DNA of 64,000 nucleotides from Longimicrobiales bacterium. Its GTDB lineage: Bacteria > Gemmatimonadota > Gemmatimonadetes > Longimicrobiales > Gaopeijiaceae. The stretch's first letter is position 1. Every line of letters begins with the position of its first letter. The translations under genes and the position numbers were made by a program. The stretch is from assembly GCA_965238005.1 (NCBI GenBank), contig OZ250165.1, forward strand, positions 1 through 64,000. The letters are read 5' to 3'. Of this stretch, positions 28,086 through 37,301 are shown piece after piece. The notes beneath the pieces were generated by a model, which was not told the origin of the DNA, made no database searches, and was given only the letters and a program-made list of their open reading frames with translations.

Positions 28086-28232
28086 AGAGTACAGATGGTG
28101 TGAATCACGGCAAGTAATCGTCTAAGTTCAACCAGGACTGCACGATCTGCCGCACTTGCCGTCAGACCATGTCTGATTCGAATGTACTGAAATGCCGGGG
28201 AAATCGCATCAAGTGGCGGGAATCCGGGTCGC
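28085..28232 (-). repeat. structured island repeat, copy F
   Basis: CTGCACGATCTGC at 28138-28150. Arms ACGGCAAGT and ACTTGCCGT. Confidence 0.88.
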
Positions 28233-28427
28233 CTCCACGCGCGCTTGCACAGCCAATCGGCACGAGTCCCCTCCCAGCAACTGGGCATCGTCCTCGATGC
28301 CGCTAGCGGGCCTCCTTCCTGTTATCTTTGCGGAGGCCGGAACCTTGAGCGGGGCTGGTTCCTCACGCGGCTCACCTCTAAGGAAGGCTCCAGATTGCGG
28401 CGGGTGTCCTTACCGGTGAAGAACCCT
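28180..28427 (-). repeat. 248-bp inverted repeat, arm 2
   Basis: Reverse complement of 22834-23081. Confidence 0.9.
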
Positions 28428-28504
28428 CAGTCAAGCAGGCCGAGATCCTAGCGCGCCTCTAAAGCGAGAGAGAGGAAAGCCACACCATGCGCACTCAGAT
28501 CACT

Positions 28505-28875
28505 GGAGAGTCAGATCCAGGCCCTGGACCGGACCCAGCCGGGTCTCCCCCTGAAGAAGGGACGCGCCGGGACGATGACTCACGACTACAAGCGGCACGG
28601 CACCACGACCCTCTTCGCTGCACTCGACGTGGCCACCGGCGAGGTCATTCACCAGTGTCTCCCCCGGCACCGCCATCAGGAGTTCCTCCGCTTCATCCGC
28701 AGTGTCGAGCGGCGGGTCGACCCCGATCTGGAATTGCACTTCATTCTCGACAACTACGCGACGCACAAGCACCCTAAGGTCAAAGCCTGGCTCGACCGCA
28801 ATCCGCGCGTCCACTTCCACTTCCTTCCCACGTCCACGTCCTGGCTCAACCTCATCGAGCACTTCTTCAGCGACT
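28505..28875 (+). pseudogene. IS630-family transposase fragment
   Basis: [14 protein letters not shown]...[17 protein letters not shown]...ILDNYATHK...[11 protein letters not shown]. Confidence 0.9.
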
Positions 28876-28940
28876 TCGGAGGATGTCAGAGTCCTGATGG
28901 CGATAGGGGTCATGGCGTCCTCTTGCTGGTGGTGGTGGTG

Positions 28941-29270
28941 TTACTTCTTCGGATTGCCCCACATGTCAAGATTGCCTCGTGCCGTTTCGGCTATCCCGAA
29001 TCCGAATATCAAGATAAATGGCAGGGCGAGCACGATCCCGAAACCCCAATCTCCCAGGACCGCTCCTGCGGTGCCGGCGAGAAGCATCCATAATATGAAT
29101 CCGATAATACTGGCCAATATCCCGGGTATGGCATTCCACGCTCCCAAGAGGGTGACTAGGATGGCCGCGATAAGGATGACTATTATCACAAGCACGGTTT
29201 TTTCTCCCGACGCTTCTGCGCTCAAGGGATGTGGATGGGGGTCACAATGGCGCCGGGCCATTGTGACCAT
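28941..29270 (-). CDS. small membrane protein
   Basis: Three strongly hydrophobic segments. Start uncertain. Confidence 0.45.
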   Translation of the reverse strand: MVTMARRHCDPHPHPLSAEASGEKTVLVIIVILIAAILVTLLGAWNAIPGILASIIGFILWMLLAGTAGAVLGDWGFGIVLALPFILIFGFGIAETARGNLDMWGNPKK

Positions 29271-29475
29271 CGCGCAGAGGTATGCGGAGATGTCCCGCTT
29301 ATTAGCCCTGGCTCCGGGAGCTACCCTTCGTCATGTATTTGGGCTGTTGTATTCGGCAGGGAACCCGACATAGGGGTCTTTGCGCTGGTCACGAGGTCAA
29401 AGTGGTGGGATACGCACTGGGTGTCAAATGGTCTGGTGGTCAGTGGGCACACGCCCACGGCGGGGAGATGCTGAT

Positions 29476-29592
29476 ATGACGAAGCGGAAGCCATTCGATG
29501 TGAAGGCCGTGAATCCCTTCTACATGGGTGCGATGATGAGCGATGTGGCGCGGGCGCTTCTGCGTCCCAAGGAGGTCGCCAAGGCAGCCTAA
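29476..29592 (+). CDS. small hypothetical peptide (38 aa)
   Basis: RBS GGGGAG followed by MTKRKPFDVKAVNPFYMGAMMSDVARALLRPKEVAKAA. Confidence 0.35.
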   Translation: MTKRKPFDVKAVNPFYMGAMMSDVARALLRPKEVAKAA

Positions 29593-29600
29593 CCGAAGCA

Positions 29601-31278
29601 GAGGCCGTGTGAAAACTCACCATGATTGAACGGGGAGCGAGCACCTAGGGCGGTGAGCTTGACATTTTGCTGGGAGGGGCGGGAAAGTAGTCGGGTGGGG
29701 CGTTGCGGACCTGACAGGGCCGTCTGGAAGCGCCCCGAAGGGCGAAAAACGGCGCTGAGGACCCCCTCTACGCGAGGGCGTCCAGCAGCTGCGGGACCTC
29801 GACGATGTTGAGGACCCGCTTCAGGTTGTAGGCAAGCACGGTCAGGCTGAACTCGCCGCGGACCTTCCGCATGCCTTTGAGCAGAAAGTACCCCTGGTCC
29901 ATCCCGCGCTTCATCGTGCCAAACGGATGCTCCACTAGCGCTTTGCGCTGCGCGAAGCGCGCCTGCTCCCGCTGGAGCCGTTGCGCCATCTCCTCCATCA
30001 GGTGCTCGTCCGCCCACCGTGTGATCTTCCGCCCGTCTTTGTTGCGCGTACAGCGGGGCCTGAGTGGACACCGCTTACAGGCGGTGGTCCGATAGTTCTT
30101 GATGGTGCGCCCGAGCTCGACGGTGGTGGTGCGGTAGGTGAGCGTCTTCCCCGCAGGACAGCGATAGAGGTCCCGAGTCCGGTCGTAGACGAAGTCATCT
30201 TTGGTGAAGAGCCCGCGCTTGGCATTGGCCGAGGTGATCGGTCGGGGCACCAGCGGCGTGAGGCCCGCCTCCACACACGTCTTGATCTCGGCGCCGTGGT
30301 AGTAGCCCCGGTCGGCCACCACCACCGGCGTCACGTTCCCCAGTACCTCCTGGGCCGCCATGGCCATCGGACTGAGCTGATTCTGGTCGGCGGCGGCGTT
30401 GGTGACCGTCTCGGCCACAATCAACTTGTGCTTGGCGTCGACCGCGGTCTGGACGTTGTAGCAGATCTCGATGCGGCCCCCGCTCATCATCGGCCGACTG
30501 TCGGCATCGGTGAGTGAGAGCGCGCTCTCCCCACTCGCCGCCAGCTCTTGCTGGAGATCCTCGTAGCGCTCCCGGCGCTGCTTAAGCGCCGCAATCTTCT
30601 CGCGCAGGGCGTCGGCGCTCGGCCGCTCGGTGCCCGCCTCCGCCTCGTCCTGGCGCTCCAAGTCTCGCAGATAGCGCGCGATCGTGCGCTCGATGTCCCG
30701 TTGTAGCTTGGCCAAGCGGGCCGCGGTGTAGCTCCGATCCCGGGCATTGACCGCCCGGAACTTGCTCCCATCGATGGCGAGCAACTCGCCGCCAAAGAGG
30801 TCCAGCCGCTTGCACAAGAGAATGAACTCGCGGCATACGCCCTTCAGCGCCTGCGGGTGATCCCGGCGGAAGTCAGCGATGGTCTTGAAGTCGGGTCGCA
30901 GTCCTCGCACCAACCACATCAGCTCGATGTTGCGATGCGTCTCCTGCTCCAGCCGCCGGCTGGAGCGAATGCGGTGCAGGTAGCCGTATAGGTACAATCG
31001 CAGGAGATCACCGGGATCGTAGCCCGGGCGGCCCGTATCTGCAGGCACCGATCGCTGAAAACTGAGCGTGCCGAGATCGAGCTGCGCCACGAAGGCGTCG
31101 AGGAAGCGCACTGGGTTGTCAGCGGTGACGTAGTCGTCGAGGACCTCAGGGAGGAGCACCACTTGGGTGCGATCCCTGCCGGCGATATAGGCCATGGGCG
31201 AAGCTCCGAGCAAGGGGAGCACTGGCCAAAACACGGGACGTATAATATATGGCACGTCAGGAGTTTTCACACAGGCTC
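29601..31278 (-). mobile_element. IS1182-family element
   Basis: TIRs GAGGCCGTGTGAAAACTC (29601-29618) and GAGTTTTCACACAGGCTC (31261-31278). Marks the island/core boundary. Confidence 0.88.
29768..31195 (-). CDS. IS1182-family transposase
   Basis: GRPGYDPGDLLRLYLYGY...SSRRLE...PDFKTIADFR...IDGSK...ADRGY...VEHPFGTMK...AYNLKR. Confidence 0.95.
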   Translation of the reverse strand: MAYIAGRDRTQVVLLPEVLDDYVTADNPVRFLDAFVAQLDLGTLSFQRSVPADTGRPGYDPGDLLRLYLYGYLHRIRSSRRLEQETHRNIELMWLVRGLRPDFKTIADFRRDHPQALKGVCREFILLCKRLDLFGGELLAIDGSKFRAVNARDRSYTAARLAKLQRDIERTIARYLRDLERQDEAEAGTERPSADALREKIAALKQRRERYEDLQQELAASGESALSLTDADSRPMMSGGRIEICYNVQTAVDAKHKLIVAETVTNAAADQNQLSPMAMAAQEVLGNVTPVVVADRGYYHGAEIKTCVEAGLTPLVPRPITSANAKRGLFTKDDFVYDRTRDLYRCPAGKTLTYRTTTVELGRTIKNYRTTACKRCPLRPRCTRNKDGRKITRWADEHLMEEMAQRLQREQARFAQRKALVEHPFGTMKRGMDQGYFLLKGMRKVRGEFSLTVLAYNLKRVLNIVEVPQLLDALA

Positions 31279-31305
31279 CGATTGCAGCGGACGGGGTCGG
31301 TTCCC

Positions 31306-32190
31306 CTACCCGAGCTCGCAGGTCAGCAAGACTATGGAGGGCAGCGACGTGAACCCCGACTCGGAGCTCAGGATGATGCGCCCGTCCGGTAGGAACGCAA
31401 CGGCTTCCCCTTGGGGCTCCCGAAGAGTCCGGAGGTTCACCCGGCCGTCCTCTAGGGGGCGGAGCTCGTCGTTCTCCGTCACGGTGAAGAACTCCAGCGT
31501 CTCGTAGGTGCGGATCACCACCGTCGCGCCGTCCAGGGTGGCCGATGCGCCGGTCACGTAACGGGGGGGAGCGGCCGGGCCGCTGCTCATCACTTGGACG
31601 GGTTCCAGGGTGACCACCGCGTCGGGCCTGAGCGGGGGCGGATAGCGGTAGAGGGTGATAGGGTGGTTCCGCCCCTTGGTGACGAAAAAGATCCTCTCGT
31701 CCGGGAGTACGTACATGGCTTCAACGTCCCGGGGCCCGTCGGGAAGCCGCATCAGATAGCGGTCGGCGCTCGCGGTCCCGTCCACGCGGCCGTCGGGCTC
31801 GGGAACCCTGTAGAGGGACACCCGCGTGTGACCCTCCAGATTGTCCCCCGTGTCGGCCAGGTAGAGACAAGAGCCCGCGCCGCAGCGTCCCCGGTCCATG
31901 TCCTCCCAGTCCCGGTTCCTCTGGTCGACCTCGACGGTGGCTCGGAGCGCTCCGGCGTCGTCCAGGGCGTAGAGGTGGGGCTCGTGGCCCGAGTCGTTGT
32001 GGGTCCAGATGCGGCTCGGATCCCGGATCCCCACGGCCAGGCCGCTGGTCTCGTCCAGGATCTCGGGGAGCGCCACGGGCGGGCCGTCCAAACGGCACCC
32101 GGGGCCGTCTCCGATGGAAAGTCCGCAGGAGAGGATAAGGGGGAGGACGGCGAGTCCGGCCAGGAGGCCGGGGCGTCGGCGAAGCGTCAC
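31306..32190 (-). CDS. putative lipoprotein, beta-propeller (SdiA-regulated-like)
   Basis: Lipobox LILSC. ETSGL, WTHNDSG, DWED, ADTGDN and QGEAV motifs. Confidence 0.7.
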   Translation of the reverse strand: MTLRRRPGLLAGLAVLPLILSCGLSIGDGPGCRLDGPPVALPEILDETSGLAVGIRDPSRIWTHNDSGHEPHLYALDDAGALRATVEVDQRNRDWEDMDRGRCGAGSCLYLADTGDNLEGHTRVSLYRVPEPDGRVDGTASADRYLMRLPDGPRDVEAMYVLPDERIFFVTKGRNHPITLYRYPPPLRPDAVVTLEPVQVMSSGPAAPPRYVTGASATLDGATVVIRTYETLEFFTVTENDELRPLEDGRVNLRTLREPQGEAVAFLPDGRIILSSESGFTSLPSIVLLTCELG

Positions 32191-32201
32191 GGGCTTACGG
32201 G

Positions 32202-32387
32202 CTAGTGTCCCGTTACCAAAGTGTCTCGGCCAGTCGAGGGCACGGTGCATCCGTGGGCTCGGCGTTGGGACTCCTTGCGACCACGCTTCGCGCGGTGCCC
32301 GCGTGCGCTACGCCGCGTCGTCCCGCCTTGATCCCACGGCGCCCCGGCCCTCTTGGTGGCTCGCGAACTTCGGAAACGGAACACTAG
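32202..32387 (+). mobile_element. MITE copy 1
   Basis: CTAG-TGTCCCGTTACCAAAGT...ACTTCGGAAACGGAACA-CTAG. Homologous to copies at 35621 and 44317. Confidence 0.85.
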
Positions 32388-33190
32388 AGGTTATCGGCCG
32401 CCGCCTTCACGAGCACGGTGTCGATGATCTCCTCGAAGAGCTCGAGGGGAAGGGCGCCGGAGAAGGGCGCGTACCCTACCACGACGAACGTCGGGGTTGC
32501 CCTGACGCCGATCTGCCGGGCCAGAACGGAATGAGCCTGAACGCGCCACAGGAACTCCTCGCTGCTCATGCACGTCCGGTACACTTCCATGTCGAGGCCT
32601 AGCTCCTCGGCGATCCCTTCCAGGATCGGCTCCGGCTCGGAGGTCCGTTTCCACTCCGGCTGGCGCCCGAAGAGCGTCTCGGCCATCTCCTCGTAATGAC
32701 CCTGATCCAGGGCGCACTCGGCCGCCAGCGCCGCAGGGACGGAGTTGGCCCAGTTGCCGATGACGAAGGGGATCGCCTTCCAGAGGAGCTGTCCCCGGTC
32801 GATGTACTTGTCCGTCAGGGCGGGAAGGGTCTCCGCGTGGAACTCGCGACAGAACCCGCATCCGAAGTCGAAGAACTCCAGGATGCGCGCGGGAGCGTCA
32901 GGACCGCCGAATTCAACGCCCAGCATGTCGAGGTCGATCTGATCTCCGGGAGGGGTGTTCGGAGCCGGCCGGTTCAGGGCATCGAAGCCCGGCGATCCCG
33001 GAGTTGCCGGAGCCCCGGACGCGAGGAGCTCTCCCGCCCCGCGCGTCGTGAGGCGAGCCTCGTCGGTCGGGACTTCCTGATCACCGATGGCGCACGCACT
33101 GGCGAAGAGCGAGAAGGCGACGCCGAGGAGCACCGGGGCGGTGTAGGCTCTCAGCCCCGGCCTTCGGCTCGAAGCGCTCGAACGGGTCAT
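32384..33190 (-). CDS. DsbA/BdbD-like thioredoxin-domain lipoprotein
   Basis: FFDFGCGFC, GVRATPTF, GALP. Confidence 0.88.
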   Translation of the reverse strand: MTRSSASSRRPGLRAYTAPVLLGVAFSLFASACAIGDQEVPTDEARLTTRGAGELLASGAPATPGSPGFDALNRPAPNTPPGDQIDLDMLGVEFGGPDAPARILEFFDFGCGFCREFHAETLPALTDKYIDRGQLLWKAIPFVIGNWANSVPAALAAECALDQGHYEEMAETLFGRQPEWKRTSEPEPILEGIAEELGLDMEVYRTCMSSEEFLWRVQAHSVLARQIGVRATPTFVVVGYAPFSGALPLELFEEIIDTVLVKAAADNL

Positions 33191-33927
33191 CACATCTCCA
33201 AATCGATCCACTGCCCGAGGTCGGCCAGCGACGCCGAGACGGACGCGAACTTTCCAGTAACGAGGAGAACTCCTGCCACGATCAAAAGGATCCCGGCAAC
33301 TCTCTGGGCCGGCAGGGCCCAGCGGCGAACCGCCTCGAAGCTTGCAAGAAACCAATTGAACCCAACGGCGGCAACGAGAAACGGGACTCCCAGCCCCAGC
33401 CCGTACACGGCCAGGAGCAAGGTGCCCCGGGCCACCGTCGCCTCCATGGTGGCGTAGAAGAGGATGGTGGCGAGGATGGGACCGATGCATGGGGTCCATC
33501 CGGCGCCGAAGGCCACTCCCACGGCCAGGGAGCCGATTGCGCCCGAGGGCTTCGACCTCAGATGTACACGGAGGTCGCGCGCGAGTGCCGGAAGCCGCAC
33601 CCAGTCCAAGAGGAGGAGCCCGAAGAAGATCACCAGGATGCCGCCCAGCCGGGTGATGGTGGGAAGCATGCGATTGAACGCCTGGCCGGCGGCCGTGGCC
33701 GAGGCCCCCAGCGTCATGAAGACGAGTAGGAATCCGAGGATGAAAAGCGACGAGTGGAGGACAGCCTTCATCCTGGCTCCGCTGGGACCTTCCTGGGCGA
33801 GCTCGTCGAAGGTGAGCCCCGAAACGTAGGTGACGTAGGTGGGGACCACCGGGAGCACGCACGGCGACAGGAACGACACCAGGCCCGCGAGGAAGGCCAA
33901 GGGGAGCGAGATGCTGACGGTGTCCAT
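33190..33927 (-). CDS. ccdA: cytochrome c biogenesis protein CcdA
   Basis: FLSPCVLP and GWTPCIGPIL motifs, multiple TM helices. Confidence 0.92.
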   Translation of the reverse strand: MDTVSISLPLAFLAGLVSFLSPCVLPVVPTYVTYVSGLTFDELAQEGPSGARMKAVLHSSLFILGFLLVFMTLGASATAAGQAFNRMLPTITRLGGILVIFFGLLLLDWVRLPALARDLRVHLRSKPSGAIGSLAVGVAFGAGWTPCIGPILATILFYATMEATVARGTLLLAVYGLGLGVPFLVAAVGFNWFLASFEAVRRWALPAQRVAGILLIVAGVLLVTGKFASVSASLADLGQWIDLEM

Positions 33928-33969
33928 GGGGCGTTGGGCGCAGGTGCCGGGCTAGAGGCCGGGGGGCCA

Positions 33970-34875
33970 CTAGATCCGGAACTCCTTGAAGAGCCTCCGC
34001 TCCGTGTCGCCCAGCAGGACTGCCCGGAGCTCCACGTGAGCCTCCAGCCCGCTCCCCTTGAGCTTCTCACGGAAGAGCTGGTCGAGCTGGAAGATGCCCG
34101 CCGAGTTCGTGATCTCCACCGTGAGACAGACCGGGCGATCCGCCCCCGCGTCGATGGAGACGGACTCGATGGCCGCCGCCGAGACGGAGTGGATGCTCTC
34201 CGAGCCGGCCTCGAAGGGGATCCGCGAGCGTCCTTTGGCCATGTCCAGCGCGTCGGCGATCCGTACGATGCCTGCCTCGGGCGTCAGGGGCCTGCCCCCG
34301 GAGCGGTGGGCGATGATGGCGTGGAGGACCTCGCTCCGGAGGATGGTGGCGGTGGCCCGGTCGTAGAGCTGGGTGAGGATCGCCTCGAGCTTGTCCTGGG
34401 CGATGAAGAGCGAGTAGCCCTCGTGGTCTGACCGCTGGATGGACATGCCCACGTCGTGCAGCAGCGCCCCCAGCACGACCACCACCTCGGCGTCCTGCAC
34501 CTCGAGTCCGTAGTTCTCCACCACCGAGGGCTGGACGCCTGCCACCACCAGGAGGCGCAGCATCTTCAGCGCGATGTTCGTGACGATCTTCACGTGCACC
34601 GGGCCGTGGTCGGTCATCCCCAGCCGGTCGATGGCCACCACGTTGCTGGCGATCCACAGCGCGTAGAGATCGTCGTCGGCGTTCACGATGTTCATGAGGT
34701 CCCTGAGCTTGGTGCTGTGGTGGTCGGGCACCGTGATCCGGATGCGTCGGGCGAACCGCTCCTCCACGGTCTGCCCGGCGCTGCCGCCGGCCGAAAGCTC
34801 CTCGAGGTCCTCCCCTCCATCGTCGAGCTCGAGGTTCGCCATCTCCTCCTCGAGCTCTTCCAACTCTTCGGTCAT
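33970..34875 (-). CDS. HD-domain phosphohydrolase
   Basis: DHGPVH, LLHDVG, HAIIAH, ADALD. Confidence 0.85.
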   Translation of the reverse strand: MTEELEELEEEMANLELDDGGEDLEELSAGGSAGQTVEERFARRIRITVPDHHSTKLRDLMNIVNADDDLYALWIASNVVAIDRLGMTDHGPVHVKIVTNIALKMLRLLVVAGVQPSVVENYGLEVQDAEVVVVLGALLHDVGMSIQRSDHEGYSLFIAQDKLEAILTQLYDRATATILRSEVLHAIIAHRSGGRPLTPEAGIVRIADALDMAKGRSRIPFEAGSESIHSVSAAAIESVSIDAGADRPVCLTVEITNSAGIFQLDQLFREKLKGSGLEAHVELRAVLLGDTERRLFKEFRI

Positions 34876-34921
34876 GGGTCTCCGGGGGTGTCGGTGGTCT
34901 GTTCGTCCGAGTCCTGAGCGC

Positions 34922-35074
34922 CTAGATCCCATCGGCCGGGCCCCCTCCGGGAGACCGCCGAGCACACCCACGAGACCTGCGCGGAGGCGCCAGTGGCGTT
35001 CCCAGGAGCGGAGGGTCCACCGAGAACGCGTCGGGCGTGATGATGGTCCTGGGGTCTTGGGTGTAGGTGTGCAT
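34922..35074 (-). pseudogene. possible RDD-family protein N-terminal remnant
   Basis: DPRTIITPDAFSVDPPLLGTPLAPPRR, then loses coherence. Confidence 0.4.
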
Positions 35075-35091
35075 GTGCTTCGGGAGGCGGG

Positions 35092-35574
35092 TCAGGAGCG
35101 GCGTTGCCGCATGGCCAGGTAAAGCCCGGCGGCGGCGCCAAGGAGCGCGGAGCCCCAGAGCACGCGCTTCGAGCTCAGCCGCCTGCCCGCCGGGGCGGGC
35201 GCCTTGTCCGGGCCGGGCTCGGACGCTGCCGTAGGGGGTTGGACCGCCCGACGGGGTCGGGTCGCCGCCTGCCCGTTACCGGCGGTGCTCGCCGGTCCCG
35301 CCTTCGAAGTCGCCTCGCCGGGGGCTGTTCCCTCGAAGCCACACTCCGGGCACGAGACGAAGCCCTTCTCCATGGCGGTCCGATTGGGGAAGAAAAGCTC
35401 GGCCTGGCACTGGGGGCATGGGCTTCCGGCCGGCAAGGGTCGAACGAGGCCGTAGAGCCGGCTTTTCGAGAGGTCCATCTCCTCGACGATCTGATTCACG
35501 CTCCGCTCGGATCGCCAGTAGAGCTCGTTGGCTCGGTCGGAGAGTTTCTGGTCCTGGGTCTCCTTGGACGGCAT
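35092..35574 (-). CDS. hypothetical protein (HTH-like + Zn ribbon + C-terminal TM)
   Basis: CPQC...CPEC and a C-terminal hydrophobic anchor. Confidence 0.75.
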   Translation of the reverse strand: MPSKETQDQKLSDRANELYWRSERSVNQIVEEMDLSKSRLYGLVRPLPAGSPCPQCQAELFFPNRTAMEKGFVSCPECGFEGTAPGEATSKAGPASTAGNGQAATRPRRAVQPPTAASEPGPDKAPAPAGRRLSSKRVLWGSALLGAAAGLYLAMRQRRS

Positions 35575-35620
35575 CGGACAGCTCGCGGTTCAGGCCGGTG
35601 GCGGGGCCATGAATAGGGGC

Positions 35621-35787
35621 TTAGTGTCCATTACCAAAGTGTCTCGGCCAGTCGAGGGCACGGTGCATCCGTGGGTTCGGCGTTGGGACTCCTTACCGTA
35701 GCTTGCGCTACGCCGCGTCGTCCCGCCTTGATCCCACGACGCCCCGACCCTCTTGGTGGCTCGCGAACTGCGGCAACGGAACATTAG
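35621..35787 (+). mobile_element. MITE copy 2
   Basis: TTAG-TGTCCATTACCAAAGT...GGCAACGGAACA-TTAG. Confidence 0.85.
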
Positions 35788-35872
35788 AGTGGTGTCTCGA
35801 ACTCCATTCGGGGTCGCGCGAAGAAGATAGCGGGCCCGGTAGGCGCGTGCGAGACAACTCCTGGAGCCGTGC

Positions 35873-36499
35873 TTGAACATTCCCGCGCCCCATGGACATC
35901 TGGAGGCCGTCCTCCGCATGCCGCCCGGCCCGGCCCGCGGAGCCGGCGTCGTCTGTCACCCCCATCCCCTTCACGGCGGTACGATGCACACCAAGGCCGT
36001 GTTTCGCGCGGCTCAGGCCCTGGCCGACGCGAGCATTGCCGGACTGCGCTTCAACTTTCGAGGCGTGGGCACCAGCACCGGCAGGTACGAGGAGGGGATC
36101 GGGGAGAGGGACGATGTGGCCGCGGCGTTGGACTGGCTGGAGGAGCAGTATCCTGGCCGGCCCCTGTTGGCGGGCGGATTCTCCTTCGGGTCGATGGTGT
36201 CCCTGGGCTACGCCGTCACGGACCCGCGGGTCGTGGCGCTCTTCGGGATCGGCATTCCGGTGCGCCTGTACGACTATACCTTCCTGAAGGACGTGGATAA
36301 GCCGGTGCTCATCGTCCAGGGTGACGAGGACGAGTTCGGCTCGGGCCCGGAGGTGGAGCCGGTCGTGGCCGAGCTGGGATCCCACGTGACTCTGGTCCGG
36401 ATCCCGGGAGCGGATCATTACTTCAACGGGCACATCGACGAGATGAAGGGCGCGCTCACGGACTTCTTCCGAGGCGGCCCCGGGGGAAACGTGCTATGA
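35873..36499 (+). CDS. alpha/beta hydrolase
   Basis: CHPHPLHGGTM, RFNFRGVG, GFSFG, GADHYF. Confidence 0.9.
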   Translation: MNIPAPHGHLEAVLRMPPGPARGAGVVCHPHPLHGGTMHTKAVFRAAQALADASIAGLRFNFRGVGTSTGRYEEGIGERDDVAAALDWLEEQYPGRPLLAGGFSFGSMVSLGYAVTDPRVVALFGIGIPVRLYDYTFLKDVDKPVLIVQGDEDEFGSGPEVEPVVAELGSHVTLVRIPGADHYFNGHIDEMKGALTDFFRGGPGGNVL

Positions 36500-36741
36500 G
36501 AGATCGACAACGGATTCTCGACAACCTGGAAAAGCTCTATCGCGACGAGCTCGATCGGGGTGCGGGGGGCGAGGGTGCCGACGCCGGACGCCTCGATTTC
36601 GCGTTTCAGCGCGATCAGATCTATCTGGAGGTCATGCTGGACCTCCGGGACCTCTTGAGCGGTGCCCCCGAGGAGGCAAAGTCGACGTCCTCGCTTCTGG
36701 AGAAGGCTCAGAAGCTCCGGAACCTGACCCGGCTCCGCTGA
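36496..36741 (+). CDS. hypothetical protein
   Basis: ATGA overlap within an operon, helical composition. Confidence 0.7.
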   Translation: MRDRQRILDNLEKLYRDELDRGAGGEGADAGRLDFAFQRDQIYLEVMLDLRDLLSGAPEEAKSTSSLLEKAQKLRNLTRLR

Positions 36742-36745
36742 CGCC

Positions 36746-37300
36746 GTGAAGATCTACACCAAGACGGGGGACGACGGCGACACCGGACTCTTCGGCGGCG
36801 GTCGCGTACCCAAGAGCCACCCCAGGGTCGCCGCCTACGGGACGGTGGATGAGCTCAGCTCGTTCGTTGGCCTCGCGGTGGAGGCCGTGGCGGATGCGAC
36901 GGTCCGCCGGGGCCTGCAGGCCATTCAGCACGATCTCTTCGCCCTGGGGGCGATCCTGGCCACCACCCCGGCGGACGGGATCCGCCCCGAGCCCCAGACG
37001 CCCGATGTGCCCGTGGGACGGATCGGCGAGATGGAGGCGTGGATAGATGAGGCCACGAGCGAGCTCGAGGAGCTCAGGGACTTCATCCTTCCGGGCGGGA
37101 CCCGGGGGGCGGCTCTCCTCCATGTGTGCCGCACGGTATGCCGGCGGGCCGAGCGAGCGGTGGTGGGCCTGGCCGAGTCGGAGCGGGTAGAGGACGGAGT
37201 TCTGCCCTACCTGAATCGTCTCTCCGACCTCTTCTTCGTCTGGGCCCGCTTGGAGAATCACCGGGGAGGGGAGCCGGACCTCCTCTGGACGAAGGAGTGA
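36746..37300 (+). CDS. pduO: PduO-type cob(I)alamin adenosyltransferase
   Basis: KIYTKTGDDGDT, RTVCRRAER, YLNRLSD. Confidence 0.93.
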   Translation: MKIYTKTGDDGDTGLFGGGRVPKSHPRVAAYGTVDELSSFVGLAVEAVADATVRRGLQAIQHDLFALGAILATTPADGIRPEPQTPDVPVGRIGEMEAWIDEATSELEELRDFILPGGTRGAALLHVCRTVCRRAERAVVGLAESERVEDGVLPYLNRLSDLFFVWARLENHRGGEPDLLWTKE

Positions 37301-37301
37301 C

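Noticed and set aside
7253..28232. Island repeats as integron attC sites
   Set aside because: RYYYAAC occurs in only two copies (GTCTAAC, GTCCAAC), there is no matching GTTRRRY, orientations are mixed and no IntI is present.
7253..28232. Repeats as c4 antisense RNA or a known ribozyme
   Set aside because: I saw no c4, hammerhead or HDV consensus by eye. An Rfam search is needed to exclude this formally.
29590..31290. Target-site duplication for IS1182
   Set aside because: The flanks (CCGAAGCA and CGATTGCA) are not direct repeats.
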